A stretch of 64,000 nucleotides of DNA from Gammaproteobacteria bacterium (GTDB lineage: Bacteria; Pseudomonadota; Gammaproteobacteria; CAJXQU01), in the NCBI GenBank assembly GCA_965238175.1, contig CBDEGZ010000003.1:3232001-3296000 (forward strand), given 5' to 3'. Under the pieces are notes generated by a model. That model searched no databases, was not told the origin of the DNA, and saw only the letters and a program-made list of their open reading frames with translations. Made by a program: the position numbers and the translations under genes. The first letter of the stretch is position 1, and every line of letters starts with the position of its first letter. Positions 31,958 through 43,296 of the stretch are shown one piece after another.

Positions 31958-33501
31958 AGCTTGACCGCAACCTGCGGATGTTTTCTCCCTGTGACCGACA
32001 TAAGCGTATTCACGGCGTTCAAATATGCTTTAGCCGAAGCAGCGATAATATCGGTATCTGCCCCCTGACCATTTACAACACGATCTTCAAGTTGCAATCG
32101 AACAGCCACTTCACCTTGAGAAGACGTACCACTGGTAATATTACTCACGGAGTATAACAACAAGTCACTGCCACTTTTGACTATCGTTTCTATCGCCATA
32201 AAGGTCGCATCAACAGGTCCACTACCTGCCGCAGATCCGGTTTTTTCTTCCCCATCAACTGTCAAAGTGATTTCAGCAATCGGTGTTTCACCCATTTCAG
32301 AATTAACTTTTAATGCGATCAGTTTTACCCATTCATGATCGCTTGCAAGATTAGTCTCGGTCACTAACGCTTGCAGATCCTCATCGAAAATTTCGTGCTT
32401 CTTATCCGCAAGATTTTTAAATCGTTTAAAGGCATCATTCAGATCTTCCTCGCGTTCAAAACTAACACCTAATTCGTGTAAACGTGTTTTGAACGCATTT
32501 CTCCCGGAGTGTTTACCCATGACCATTCTATTAGCATTCCAGCCAACATCTTCCGCACGCATAATCTCGTAAGTTTCACGACTCTTGATCACGCCATCCT
32601 GGTGAATACCTGACTCATGTGCAAAAGCATTCGCACCAACGATTGCTTTATTCGGTTGCACTGGAAATCCCGTAACACTTGAGACTAAACGTGAGCAATT
32701 CATAATCTGCGTCGTATCGAGATCTGTATCACATGGAAAAATATCCTGACGCGTTTTGATCGCCATAACGATTTCTTCCAGTGATGCATTTCCAGCACGC
32801 TCACCTAAACCATTGATCGTACATTCCACCTGGCGGGCACCGTTCAAAACAGCAGATAATGAATTACCTACCGCAAGACCTAAGTCATTATGACAATGTA
32901 CGGAAAATACTGCTTTATCGCTGTTTGGGATCCTTTCGATCAATTCACCAATTAATGCACCAAATCGATCGGGCAAATTATAGCCAACCGTATCTGGAAT
33001 ATTGATTGTTGTTGCACCTGCATCAATAACGGCTTCGATAATACGACAAAGAAAATTGGTTTCTGATCGACCAGCATCCTCAGGTGAAAACTCAACATTT
33101 TCTGTCAAATTTCTTGCTCTTTTGACTGCCCGAATTGCTTGCTCAACAACTTGATCAGGCTCCATTTGCAATTTCGCTTTCATGTGAATTGGCGAGGTTG
33201 CTATGAAGGTATGGATCCGCGATGAGATCGCTGGCTTTAATGCTTCACCTGCACGATCAATATCTTTGTCCAATGCCCTAGCCAAGCCACAAACTGTACT
33301 GTCTTTAACTGCCTCAGCGACCGCCTTTACAGATTCAAAATCTCCAGGACTAGCAATAGGAAATCCTGCTTCAATGACATCTACCTTCATACGTTCCAGC
33401 GCCTTAGCAATACGCAGTTTTTCACCTTTCGTCATCGAGGCGCCTGGACTCTGTTCACCATCACGCAAGGTTGTGTCGAAAATAATTAATTTATCAGTCA
33501 T
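31954..33501 (-). CDS. leuA: 2-isopropylmalate synthase
   Basis: [45 protein letters not shown] and C-terminal regulatory domain GSGPVDA. Confidence 0.97.
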   Translation of the reverse strand: MTDKLIIFDTTLRDGEQSPGASMTKGEKLRIAKALERMKVDVIEAGFPIASPGDFESVKAVAEAVKDSTVCGLARALDKDIDRAGEALKPAISSRIHTFIATSPIHMKAKLQMEPDQVVEQAIRAVKRARNLTENVEFSPEDAGRSETNFLCRIIEAVIDAGATTINIPDTVGYNLPDRFGALIGELIERIPNSDKAVFSVHCHNDLGLAVGNSLSAVLNGARQVECTINGLGERAGNASLEEIVMAIKTRQDIFPCDTDLDTTQIMNCSRLVSSVTGFPVQPNKAIVGANAFAHESGIHQDGVIKSRETYEIMRAEDVGWNANRMVMGKHSGRNAFKTRLHELGVSFEREEDLNDAFKRFKNLADKKHEIFDEDLQALVTETNLASDHEWVKLIALKVNSEMGETPIAEITLTVDGEEKTGSAAGSGPVDATFMAIETIVKSGSDLLLYSVSNITSGTSSQGEVAVRLQLEDRVVNGQGADTDIIAASAKAYLNAVNTLMSVTGRKHPQVAVKL

Positions 33502-33613
33502 TTTTTGATCGCTCCTGCTGCGTATTCTAGCAGCATGCTACCTATTGTTTCTATTCAATACTTTGTTTGAGAATACGGTTTTTGTAAGATGCGTTTTTCC
33601 TCGCCAGGTGAAA

Positions 33614-33727
33614 TTAATAATTAGTCCGCAAGGGCAGAAGCAGGAGAGTAGAAAGACACAACAATAACTCACGCGTGTTGCGCACACGTTTAACGTGGAT
33701 AATTAATTGTTGTTTAGTAGAAACCAT
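33614..33727 (-). CDS. Leu-rich leader peptide of leuA (37 aa)
   Basis: Hand translation MVSTKQQLIIHVKRVRNTRELLLCLSTLLLLPLRTNY*. 10 Leu, 9 of them in codons 21-33. Confidence 0.75.
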   Translation of the reverse strand: MVSTKQQLIIHVKRVRNTRELLLCLSTLLLLPLRTNY

Positions 33728-33735
33728 ATTTGTAA

Positions 33736-33765
33736 AAGATAACCGAGAACTAGTTAAGTTATCAA
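33736..33765 (-). promoter_or_regulatory. Candidate sigma70 promoter of the leuA leader
   Basis: TTGATA-N18-TATCTT, 8 nt before the leader ATG. Confidence 0.45.
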
Positions 33766-34547
33766 CCATTTTCTTCAGAACTTGAGTCTTCCAGATTTGT
33801 ATCTTCAGAATTTGAGCGACGTGCTCGATGTTTTTTTAGTTGAAACAAAGTCACTACCGGGCCAGATAAGGCATAAGCCATGAACAGAATGAATAATACT
33901 GAAGGCGGTTCAAGCGAAACCAAAACAAAAACTAGCACGACAGCTAATATATGCACGAAAGGAACCTTACCTTTCAAGTCGATACCTTTGAAACTGTTAT
34001 AGCGTACATTACTGATCATTAAGATACCCGCTAAAACAATGACAATCATTGCGACTATACTTAACCCACCGGAAGGCTCAAGCTTATATTCTTCACCTAC
34101 CCAGACCAGTGCGACAACAATCCCTGCTGCAGAGGGGCTTGGTAAGCCCTGGAAATAGTTTTTATCCGCCGTCTCAACTTGAGTATTAAATCGAGCTAGA
34201 CGCAATGCCGCCGCCGCAGTGTAAACAAATGCTGCAACCCAACCAACCCGACCAAGCCCAGTCAAACCCCACTGATATATGATCAATGCAGGAGCCAAAC
34301 CAAATGAAATCACATCGGATAAACTATCGTATTCGGCCCCGAAATCACTTTGTGTATTCGTCATGCGAGCCACACGTCCATCCATTCCATCTAAAATCAT
34401 CGCGATAAAAATAGCGATGGCCGCCGCTTCAAAACGACCGTTTATGGCAGCTACAATGGCATAAAAACCAGAAAATAATGCGGCCGTAGTGAACAGGTTT
34501 GGAAGGAGGTAAATTCCTCGGCGTTGATTAAGATGATTTTTTGGCAT
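33762..34547 (-). CDS. pssA: CDP-diacylglycerol--serine O-phosphatidyltransferase
   Basis: GIYLLPNLFT, DGMDGRVAR...FGAEYDSLSD, LRLARFN and FQGLPSP. Confidence 0.95.
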   Translation of the reverse strand: MPKNHLNQRRGIYLLPNLFTTAALFSGFYAIVAAINGRFEAAAIAIFIAMILDGMDGRVARMTNTQSDFGAEYDSLSDVISFGLAPALIIYQWGLTGLGRVGWVAAFVYTAAAALRLARFNTQVETADKNYFQGLPSPSAAGIVVALVWVGEEYKLEPSGGLSIVAMIVIVLAGILMISNVRYNSFKGIDLKGKVPFVHILAVVLVFVLVSLEPPSVLFILFMAYALSGPVVTLFQLKKHRARRSNSEDTNLEDSSSEENG

Positions 34548-34564
34548 GTCCTAATCCTCGCGAG

Positions 34565-34593
34565 AAAAACACGGGCCTCACCAATGAAGCCCG
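34565..34593 (-). terminator. Intrinsic terminator after ilvC
   Basis: Minus strand CGGGCTTCA-TTGG-TGAGGCCCG-TGTTTTT. Confidence 0.7.
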
Positions 34594-34607
34594 AAAATAA
34601 TATTGGA

Positions 34608-35648
<1,041 letters not shown>

Positions 35649-35656
35649 TTAATTGT

Positions 35657-36148
35657 TTACAAATGAAGTGCATTTTCGCCACGGGCAATCCCGGTGAGAC
35701 CGGTACGCACCACTTCGATGATTTCTTTTTTATCTAACGCTTCTAAAAGCGCATCAAGCTTTTTACCTGTTCCAGTGAGCTCGATCGTATAGGTTGTATC
35801 CGTTACATCAATAATGCGTCCACGGAATATATCAACCAATCGTTTTACTTCTTCACGAGCCACACCGCTGGCATTTGTTTTAACCAACATCAACTCACGT
35901 TCGATATGTTTAACTTCATTCAGATCCGCTAATTTGATCACATCAACCAACTTGTTCAACTGCTTTTGGATCTGTTCGACTGTCGCATCCGATCCACTCG
36001 TCACCAACGTCATTCGAGACATGGTTGGATCTTCGGTCGCTGCAACCGTCAACGATTCGATGTTGTATGCACGCGCAGAAAATAATCCTGCCACCCGTGA
36101 CAATGCGCCCGCTTCGTTTTCCAATAGGATCGAGATGATATGTCGCAT
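35657..36148 (-). CDS. ilvH: Acetolactate synthase small subunit
   Basis: MRHIISILLENEAGALSRVAGLFS, ERELMLVK and EVVRTG. Confidence 0.96.
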   Translation of the reverse strand: MRHIISILLENEAGALSRVAGLFSARAYNIESLTVAATEDPTMSRMTLVTSGSDATVEQIQKQLNKLVDVIKLADLNEVKHIERELMLVKTNASGVAREEVKRLVDIFRGRIIDVTDTTYTIELTGTGKKLDALLEALDKKEIIEVVRTGLTGIARGENALHL

Positions 36149-37890
36149 TATGATAGCTCCCTGCTAACATCAGAACTCGGTGGTAATTCCATTTCATTAT
36201 GGCCTTTACCAGCAGCGATCATTGGGTACACATTTTCAGTTTGGTCTGTGACGATATCCATCAACACTAATCGATCTTTCATACCAATCGCTTCTTGCAA
36301 TGCACCACTCACATCTGCCGTTTTTTCTACCCGCATACCCACATGGCCAAACGACTCTGCCAACTTAACAAAATCAGGCAAGGCATCCATATATGAATGC
36401 GAGTAGCGGCGATCATAGAAAAATTCTTGCCACTGTCTAACCATGCCCATATAACGGTTATTGAGGCTAATTATTTTGACTGGTAAACCATATTGCAAAC
36501 AAGTGGACAGTTCCTGAATACACATCACCAATGACGCTTCACCACTGATACAACAAACCAGTTCATCAGGATAGGCGAGCTGTACGCCCATTGCAGCAGG
36601 AACACCAAAACCCATCGTGCCAAGTCCGCCAGAATTGATCCAGTGTCGCGGTTTATCGAACCCATAATATTGGGCTGCCCACATTTGATGCTGACCAACA
36701 TCAGAAGTAATAAACGCTTCCCCATTTGTTAGTCGAGATAATTCTTCGATAACATATTGCGGTTTAATCACGTCAGTCGTTTTGTCATAACGCATGCAAT
36801 CAACTGCACGCCATTTGTTGATCTGATTCCACCAAGCATCCTTTTCTTGGTTCATAGGATCAAAACTACTTGCACGGATCAACTTGTTCATTTCACCAAG
36901 TACATTGGAAACACTACCCACGATTGGGATATCCACAGCAACATTTTTCGAGATTGAAGCAGGATCAATATCAATGTGAACTATTTTTGCATGTGGGCAA
37001 AATTCTTCGAGTTTTCCAGTGACACGATCATCAAAACGTACACCAATTGCGATCAAAACATCACATTGATGCATGCCCATATTGGCTTCGTAAGTTCCAT
37101 GCATTCCTAACATTTGGAGATTCTGAGGATCCGACGCCGGATATGCACCCAAACCCATCAAAGTTTGAGTAATCGGATAACCCAATAAACGCGTGAATTC
37201 AATCAGTGAATCTGCCGCGTTATCCAAGACTACGCCACCGCCAGAATAGATCATCGGCTTTTTCGCAGCCAAAATCATATTAACTGCTCGTTTTATCTGT
37301 CCGGGGTGTCCTTTTGTTATCGGCTTATACGAACGCATTTCAACCGTATCAGGGTATGAATATTCCGTCACATCCGCAGTAATATCTTTAGGTATATCAA
37401 CCACAACTGGGCCAGGGCGACCGGTTGTCGCCACATGGAAAGCCTTTTTAATCGTAATCGCCAGATCCTTTACATCAGAAACCATAAAGTTGTGTTTTAC
37501 ACAAGGCCGTGTGATGCCGACATTATCCACTTCCTGGAAAGCATCATTCCCAATTAAATGACTGGGCACCTGACCAGTAAGAACAACCATTGGAATTGAA
37601 TCCATATATGCCGTCGCAATACCAGTAACGCAGTTTGTTGCGCCGGGGCCAGAAGTTACAAGTACAACTCCCGCCTTACCTGTAGATCGCGCATATCCAT
37701 CTGCAGCATGAGTAGCACCTTGTTCGTGACGTACAAGAATATGTTTGACTGCATCTTGTTTGAAGATCGCGTCATAAATATGCAGTACTGCTCCACCGGG
37801 ATAACCAAAGACAAATTCAACGCCTTCATCATCCAGCGCTTTCAGTAATATCTCTGCTCCCCGTAATTTTTCACCCACTTGACTCACCAT
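36148..37890 (-). CDS. ilvI: Acetolactate synthase large subunit
   Basis: FGYPGGAVL, RHEQGA, TSGPGATN, RFDDRVTG, SDVGQHQMW and SGGLGTMG. Start placed at ATG 37890. Confidence 0.96.
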   Translation of the reverse strand: MVSQVGEKLRGAEILLKALDDEGVEFVFGYPGGAVLHIYDAIFKQDAVKHILVRHEQGATHAADGYARSTGKAGVVLVTSGPGATNCVTGIATAYMDSIPMVVLTGQVPSHLIGNDAFQEVDNVGITRPCVKHNFMVSDVKDLAITIKKAFHVATTGRPGPVVVDIPKDITADVTEYSYPDTVEMRSYKPITKGHPGQIKRAVNMILAAKKPMIYSGGGVVLDNAADSLIEFTRLLGYPITQTLMGLGAYPASDPQNLQMLGMHGTYEANMGMHQCDVLIAIGVRFDDRVTGKLEEFCPHAKIVHIDIDPASISKNVAVDIPIVGSVSNVLGEMNKLIRASSFDPMNQEKDAWWNQINKWRAVDCMRYDKTTDVIKPQYVIEELSRLTNGEAFITSDVGQHQMWAAQYYGFDKPRHWINSGGLGTMGFGVPAAMGVQLAYPDELVCCISGEASLVMCIQELSTCLQYGLPVKIISLNNRYMGMVRQWQEFFYDRRYSHSYMDALPDFVKLAESFGHVGMRVEKTADVSGALQEAIGMKDRLVLMDIVTDQTENVYPMIAAGKGHNEMELPPSSDVSRELS

Positions 37891-38071
37891 TAAGTAAACG
37901 ACTTTTCGCTGATTTTTGATCAACAGGAATAGTTCTTGCTTCCTAAATTCAACAATAGAAATACACCCCGCGAACCCGATTCGCAGGCTAATCGCTTATC
38001 ATGACTGAAACCTGGGCCTTAGGTCAACATATAAAAGCAAATTTAGTTGCTTTAAAAACGATAGAAATCTT

Positions 38072-38557
38072 ATGAAATATAGTTATCACCTTTATATCTT
38101 ATCAACGCTTTATTTGATCTTCACCTTTACTACCCATTCCTTTTCGTTTTCGAATGCTGAAGCTAAAGGTATATACAAGTGCGTAAAACCCAATGGTGAA
38201 GTTGAATACACGCAATCACGATCAAAAATGTGTCAGGATCACAACACTAAAAAGTTGAAGAATACCGGTGGTCGTGCTGATCCCGCTGCAATCGCAAAAC
38301 AAAAAGCAGAAAAAGAAAATTCTTTAAAAACAGAAGAAAACCGTAAAATCAAAGAACTAAAACAACAAGATCAAGAACTCATCAATCAAGAAAAAAAGCA
38401 TTATTGCGATAATGTGCAAAAAAACCTGGATCAAATTCAAACATCACCGCGGTTGTTTAAAACGGACGATCAGGGTAACCAAGTTATTCTCGGTGAGGAA
38501 GAACGGCAAAATAAAATTCAGACAAACAAAGAAAACCTCGCTATCCATTGTAGTTGA
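38072..38557 (+). CDS. DUF4124-like exported protein
   Basis: Signal-like N-terminus, IYKCVKPNGEVEYTQ, coiled coil and Cys pair. Upstream of proS. Confidence 0.65.
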   Translation: MKYSYHLYILSTLYLIFTFTTHSFSFSNAEAKGIYKCVKPNGEVEYTQSRSKMCQDHNTKKLKNTGGRADPAAIAKQKAEKENSLKTEENRKIKELKQQDQELINQEKKHYCDNVQKNLDQIQTSPRLFKTDDQGNQVILGEEERQNKIQTNKENLAIHCS

Positions 38558-38631
38558 TACTTTTGTTATTTCTTGTTGTAGAATCCCCCATTCTATAGTT
38601 CATAAATTAGAACCATACTCAAAAACTAGTA

Positions 38632-40338
38632 ATGCGATTATCAAACCTATTACTCCCCACTCTTAGAGAAGCTCCCGCCGATGCTGAAGTCATTAGCCAT
38701 AAATTAATGTTACGGGCCGGGATGATCCGGCAAACGGCTTCTGGCGTCTATTCCTGGCTACCTTTAGGTTTAAAAGTTCTACGTAAGGTAGAAGCCATCG
38801 TCCGTGAAGAAATGGATCTTGCTGGTGCACAGGAATTATTAATGCCGTCAGTACAGCCGGCTGGCTTATGGGAAGAATCAGGTCGTTGGGAACAATACGG
38901 TCCCGAATTACTGAGGATAAATGATCGACATAATCGTGAATTTTGTTACGGGCCAACGGCTGAGGAAGTGATCACATCTTTAGTACGCAATGAGATCAGA
39001 AGCTACAAACAATTACCAGCTAACTTCTATCAAATACAAACCAAATTTCGTGATGAAATCCGCCCTCGTTTTGGTGTTATGCGGGCGCGTGAATTTCTGA
39101 TGAAAGATGCTTATTCCTTTCATCTTGATCAAAAATCGCTAGAAGAAACCTACCTAATAATGCACGACAGCTACTGCCAGATCTTCACCCGTTTAGGTCT
39201 GAAATTTCGTGTGGTTGAAGCAGATACCGGTAATATTGGCGGTAGTGCTTCACATGAATTTCATATTCTGGCTGACTCTGGCGAAGACGATATTGCCTTC
39301 AGTAGCGAAAGTAAATACGCATCAAATGTCGAGCTGACACCTGCTCCAATGCCTGCTAACAATAGAGCAACTGCAACTCAAACGATGACAACAGTCGATA
39401 CACCTGGACAGCAGAGTATTGAAGAGGTTTGTAATTTCCTAAAAATTGAACAATCTCAATGTCTAAAAACCTTAATAGTCGAAGGCCAAGACGATTCATT
39501 GGTTGCATTAGTTTTGCGCGGTGATCATGAATTAAACACGATTAAGGCCGACAAGATCAATCAAGTTTCTTCACCTCTTCGCTTTGCTGAAAATGAAAAA
39601 GTCAAACAGATTCTCGGGTGCTCTGTAGGATCTATCGGCCCTGTCGGATTGAATATTCCAGTTATTTTTGATCAATCCGCTATGGTAATTTCAGATTTCA
39701 CCTGTGGTGCAAATGAGGATGGAAAACATCTTATCGGTGTTAATCTGGAACGCGATATAGCAGAACCACTAGTCGCCGATATTCGTAATATTCAAGAAGG
39801 TGAACCTAGCCCTGATGGAAAAGGCGTGATCAAAATTGCCAGGGGAATTGAAGTCGGTCATATCTTCCAATTAGGTGATAAATACAGCAAAAGTATGAAG
39901 GCAAATTGCCTCGACGAAAATGGCAAAGCAGTCGATATGCTGATGGGTTGTTATGGCATCGGTGTGTCCCGTATCGTTGCGTCAGCCATTGAGCAAAATC
40001 ATGACGATTCGGGCATTATCTGGCCAGCAGCAATTGCCCCTTTTCAAGTATCAATTGTTCCCGTTAATGCACACAAATCTGTACGGGTAAAAGAGGCTGC
40101 TGAACTACTCTATTCTGAATTAGTCAATAGCGGAATTGACGTCCTGCTTTGCGATACAAAAGAACGCCCAGGCGTAATGTTTAATGACTTGGAACTAATC
40201 GGGATACCTCATCGATTAGTACTAAGTGACCGTAGTTTAGATGCTGATCAAATTGAATACAAAAGTCGACTAGATAAAGAATCAACCAATGTCGAGGCAG
40301 GATTGGCTCTGGAATTTATTAGGGACAAACTCTATTGA
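38632..40338 (+). CDS. proS: Proline--tRNA ligase with INS editing domain
   Basis: [43 protein letters not shown] and MGCYGIG. Confidence 0.98.
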   Translation: MRLSNLLLPTLREAPADAEVISHKLMLRAGMIRQTASGVYSWLPLGLKVLRKVEAIVREEMDLAGAQELLMPSVQPAGLWEESGRWEQYGPELLRINDRHNREFCYGPTAEEVITSLVRNEIRSYKQLPANFYQIQTKFRDEIRPRFGVMRAREFLMKDAYSFHLDQKSLEETYLIMHDSYCQIFTRLGLKFRVVEADTGNIGGSASHEFHILADSGEDDIAFSSESKYASNVELTPAPMPANNRATATQTMTTVDTPGQQSIEEVCNFLKIEQSQCLKTLIVEGQDDSLVALVLRGDHELNTIKADKINQVSSPLRFAENEKVKQILGCSVGSIGPVGLNIPVIFDQSAMVISDFTCGANEDGKHLIGVNLERDIAEPLVADIRNIQEGEPSPDGKGVIKIARGIEVGHIFQLGDKYSKSMKANCLDENGKAVDMLMGCYGIGVSRIVASAIEQNHDDSGIIWPAAIAPFQVSIVPVNAHKSVRVKEAAELLYSELVNSGIDVLLCDTKERPGVMFNDLELIGIPHRLVLSDRSLDADQIEYKSRLDKESTNVEAGLALEFIRDKLY

Positions 40339-41279
40339 GTTTCTAAATCAATCACAATGCGATGGTCAGATGTAGAAAACTCTGGGCACTTGATTAGAGC
40401 AAACACTTCATTACCACTTCCACGATACTCTATATTTACAAAACTGATCAGACTTGCCATAGCAATTCCACGCCCATGACTATCCGTCAGTCGATCTGGC
40501 TGTATCTCCATGTATGGCTCCCAATCAAACCCTATACCCTGATCTTTAATGGTTATCTCAATATATCTACCGACATGTTGGAACCCAACTGTTGCGAATT
40601 TATGTTTGTTCTCTTCAAATTTCAACCTTCTGTTTACTTCTGCTACCCATGAACCTCCCGTACTATTCAGTATAGACTTTTCAGCATACGTAATGCCTAA
40701 GTTACCGTGCTCAACAGCATTCACCATCAACTCTGAAAGCCCAAGAACGACCTTTGCAGGATCGGGACAAGCTTTTGCCAAAAAAGAAGATAAAGACCGC
40801 GCTTGTTCTAAAGTTTGGAATCGAAAACTCGAAGAAACCATTAGTCCAAGTGAATCTTCCTCCTCATGAACCATTTCCTGTAGTTCTTTAAACTGCATTC
40901 GATCCTGAACAGCAGTGTCTATAATGGAAAGTAATTGCTCTTCTTCAAAAGGCTTAGTTAAATAGTAAAAAGCACCAGCACGCATCCCTTCAAGTATTTC
41001 TTCATGATTATTCAGTGCTGTTTGTAAGATTACTGGGCAGTTTTTCAACTCCGGATGCGACTTAATTCTTCTCAAAACTTCCATACCATCCATTCTAGGC
41101 ATTAATCGATCTAGCAGGATAACGTCATATTTTTCAGGCTCCTCTTCTAACCGTTCTAGCGCATCTTGACCATCAACCGCCGTTTCAATTTTATAATTCT
41201 TATCCGACAGATTTTCCGTCAAGATCTCAAGATTAAAAGGCTCGTCATCAACAACAAGAATATGTGGTATAGAGTTCAT
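40332..41279 (-). CDS. Receiver domain fused to RsbW-like HATPase (no HisKA)
   Basis: ILVVDDE, LLDRLMP and TKPF, then [20 protein letters not shown] and SHGRGI. Confidence 0.82.
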   Translation of the reverse strand: MNSIPHILVVDDEPFNLEILTENLSDKNYKIETAVDGQDALERLEEEPEKYDVILLDRLMPRMDGMEVLRRIKSHPELKNCPVILQTALNNHEEILEGMRAGAFYYLTKPFEEEQLLSIIDTAVQDRMQFKELQEMVHEEEDSLGLMVSSSFRFQTLEQARSLSSFLAKACPDPAKVVLGLSELMVNAVEHGNLGITYAEKSILNSTGGSWVAEVNRRLKFEENKHKFATVGFQHVGRYIEITIKDQGIGFDWEPYMEIQPDRLTDSHGRGIAMASLISFVNIEYRGSGNEVFALIKCPEFSTSDHRIVIDLETQ

Positions 41280-41845
41280 CGCGCTTACTCCACTTTATTA
41301 TGATTTTTATAGGGGTATATCAATAGCAGAATAGTCTCAAACATATGGATACTTTATTTCTCCTCACTTACCAGAATAATTTGTGCTAATAACAAAAATA
41401 TCTTCAATACTTACTGAGAGGCTTAACAACAAAATCTTTTACACCTCTAGCATGTGCATCCATGGCGAATATTAAGTGCAGCACTTGCTGTAAACATGCT
41501 ATCTCGGACGCCACCACAACCATACTCCCTAAACTCAAAGGCCAGCATCAACACTACTAGCCTAAGAATGCAGCATATGGGGTACCAATATCCACATATG
41601 TAAAATAAACCATTATCTATTTGAATATTATAGGTTTTATAGTATTTCTAACTTTAAGAACAAAAATTATCACACTGTCAAAAAATGTCGCAGCATGGAT
41701 GAAAAACCAACCATAATTGTTTAAAAACAAAAAGTTAGTAATTGCTAATAGCATGCTGTTAGCAACTAATGTTGCATAGGTGGTTGGTGCCAAGTATCAT
41801 CAGGTTTGGACAGCCAACTATCCACATTCCTTATGATTTTATGCA

Positions 41846-43276
41846 ATGCAAGAGATGAGTAAATCAATTTCATCAAAAATGCCGATCCTTATTGTCGACG
41901 ATGATCAACATATTGTTCAGGGTACCTCTTTACTCCTTCGCTCAACCGGAATGCAGGAAGTTATATCTCTCACCGATAGCCGAGAGGTCATGCCATTACT
42001 TCACCGCCAGGAAGTTGCAGTAATACTACTTGACCTTCAAATGCCTCACTTTTCTGGTTCTGAAATACTCGACAAAGTTAAAGAGGAATTCCCTGAGATC
42101 GCGATCATTATTATTACGGCACATGATGAGCTGGAAATTGCTATCAAATGTATGCAAGCAGGTGCATTTGACTATCTAGTGAAACCGATTGAGAAAAGTC
42201 GACTCACCTCATCTATTCACCGTGCCATAGAAATCAGCTACTTAAAAGGTGAGTTATCTCTGCTAAAGAACCGTCTTTTAAACGATGATCTTGTAGATAC
42301 ATCAGCGTTTGATCACATCATCACGCGTGAAAAAAAGGTACAAGTACTTTTTCAGTATATCGAAGCAATTTCGACTTCTGATCAGCCCGTTTTAATTACC
42401 GGACAAACTGGAACAGGCAAAGAACTATTTGCCAAAGCAGTACACTTAGCATCTAAAACAGAAGGTGATTTTATAGCCGTTAACGTCGCAGGTTTAGACG
42501 ATACGACTTTCTCCGATACTTTATTCGGCCATGTAAAAGGCGCATTTACTGGTGCTGATCAAAAACGTGAAGGGTTAATATCACAAGCGGCTAATGGCAC
42601 TCTGTTTCTTGATGAAATTGGGGATCTAGATCTTTCTTCTCAGATCAAGTTACTACGACTGTTACAAGATCGTAGTTATTATCCATTGGGTTCAGACGTC
42701 TTACAATACAGTGCTGCTCGAATCGTGGTCGCAACGAATAGCGATTTAAATGAAGCTATCCAAAATAATACTTTCCGCAAAGATCTCTATTTCCGCTTGC
42801 GCGCGCATCAGATTAACCTGCCAACACTACAAGAACGAAAAAATGATCTACCGCTCCTCTTAAACCATTTTGTCAAAATAGCCTGTCAAGCTCTGAAAAA
42901 GAAACAGCCGGTCATCCCACAAGAATTATACATACTTCTAAACACGTACTCATTCCCTGGTAATGTACGAGAGCTGGAAACCATGACATTTGATGCAGTT
43001 GCCAGAAATCAATCACATGTTTTATCTCTGCAGAGCTTCAAAAAAATCATTGGCGAAGAGATTTTACCGATAAGCGATTTACAAGATGGGATTATTGAAA
43101 TCTTCTCAGAATTATTCCCTGAAAAACTCCCTTCGTTAAAACAAGCAGAACGTCTTTTTATCAGTGAATCTATGCGGCGTGCACAAAATAATCAGGGAAT
43201 AGCTGCATCTATGTTGGGCATTTCTCGTCAGGCCTTAAACAAACGTCTAGTAAGAGAACGTAAAGGTCGAGAATAA
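41846..43276 (+). CDS. NtrC-family sigma54 enhancer-binding response regulator
   Basis: REC domain, GQTGTGKE, GAFTGA, LFLDEIG, FRKDLYFRL, PGNVREL and Fis-type HTH AASMLGISR. Confidence 0.93.
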   Translation: MQEMSKSISSKMPILIVDDDQHIVQGTSLLLRSTGMQEVISLTDSREVMPLLHRQEVAVILLDLQMPHFSGSEILDKVKEEFPEIAIIIITAHDELEIAIKCMQAGAFDYLVKPIEKSRLTSSIHRAIEISYLKGELSLLKNRLLNDDLVDTSAFDHIITREKKVQVLFQYIEAISTSDQPVLITGQTGTGKELFAKAVHLASKTEGDFIAVNVAGLDDTTFSDTLFGHVKGAFTGADQKREGLISQAANGTLFLDEIGDLDLSSQIKLLRLLQDRSYYPLGSDVLQYSAARIVVATNSDLNEAIQNNTFRKDLYFRLRAHQINLPTLQERKNDLPLLLNHFVKIACQALKKKQPVIPQELYILLNTYSFPGNVRELETMTFDAVARNQSHVLSLQSFKKIIGEEILPISDLQDGIIEIFSELFPEKLPSLKQAERLFISESMRRAQNNQGIAASMLGISRQALNKRLVRERKGRE

Positions 43277-43296
43277 AAAATCTAAACAATTTCTGT

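Noticed and set aside
37890-38070. Ile/Val/Leu leader peptide upstream of ilvI
   Set aside because: Only 3-5 codon uORFs were found, with no branched-chain codon run and no terminator.
41440-41800. Sigma54 -24/-12 promoter candidates near the enhancer-binding protein gene
   Set aside because: GG-to-GC spacings found were 11, 13 or 14 nt rather than the required 10.
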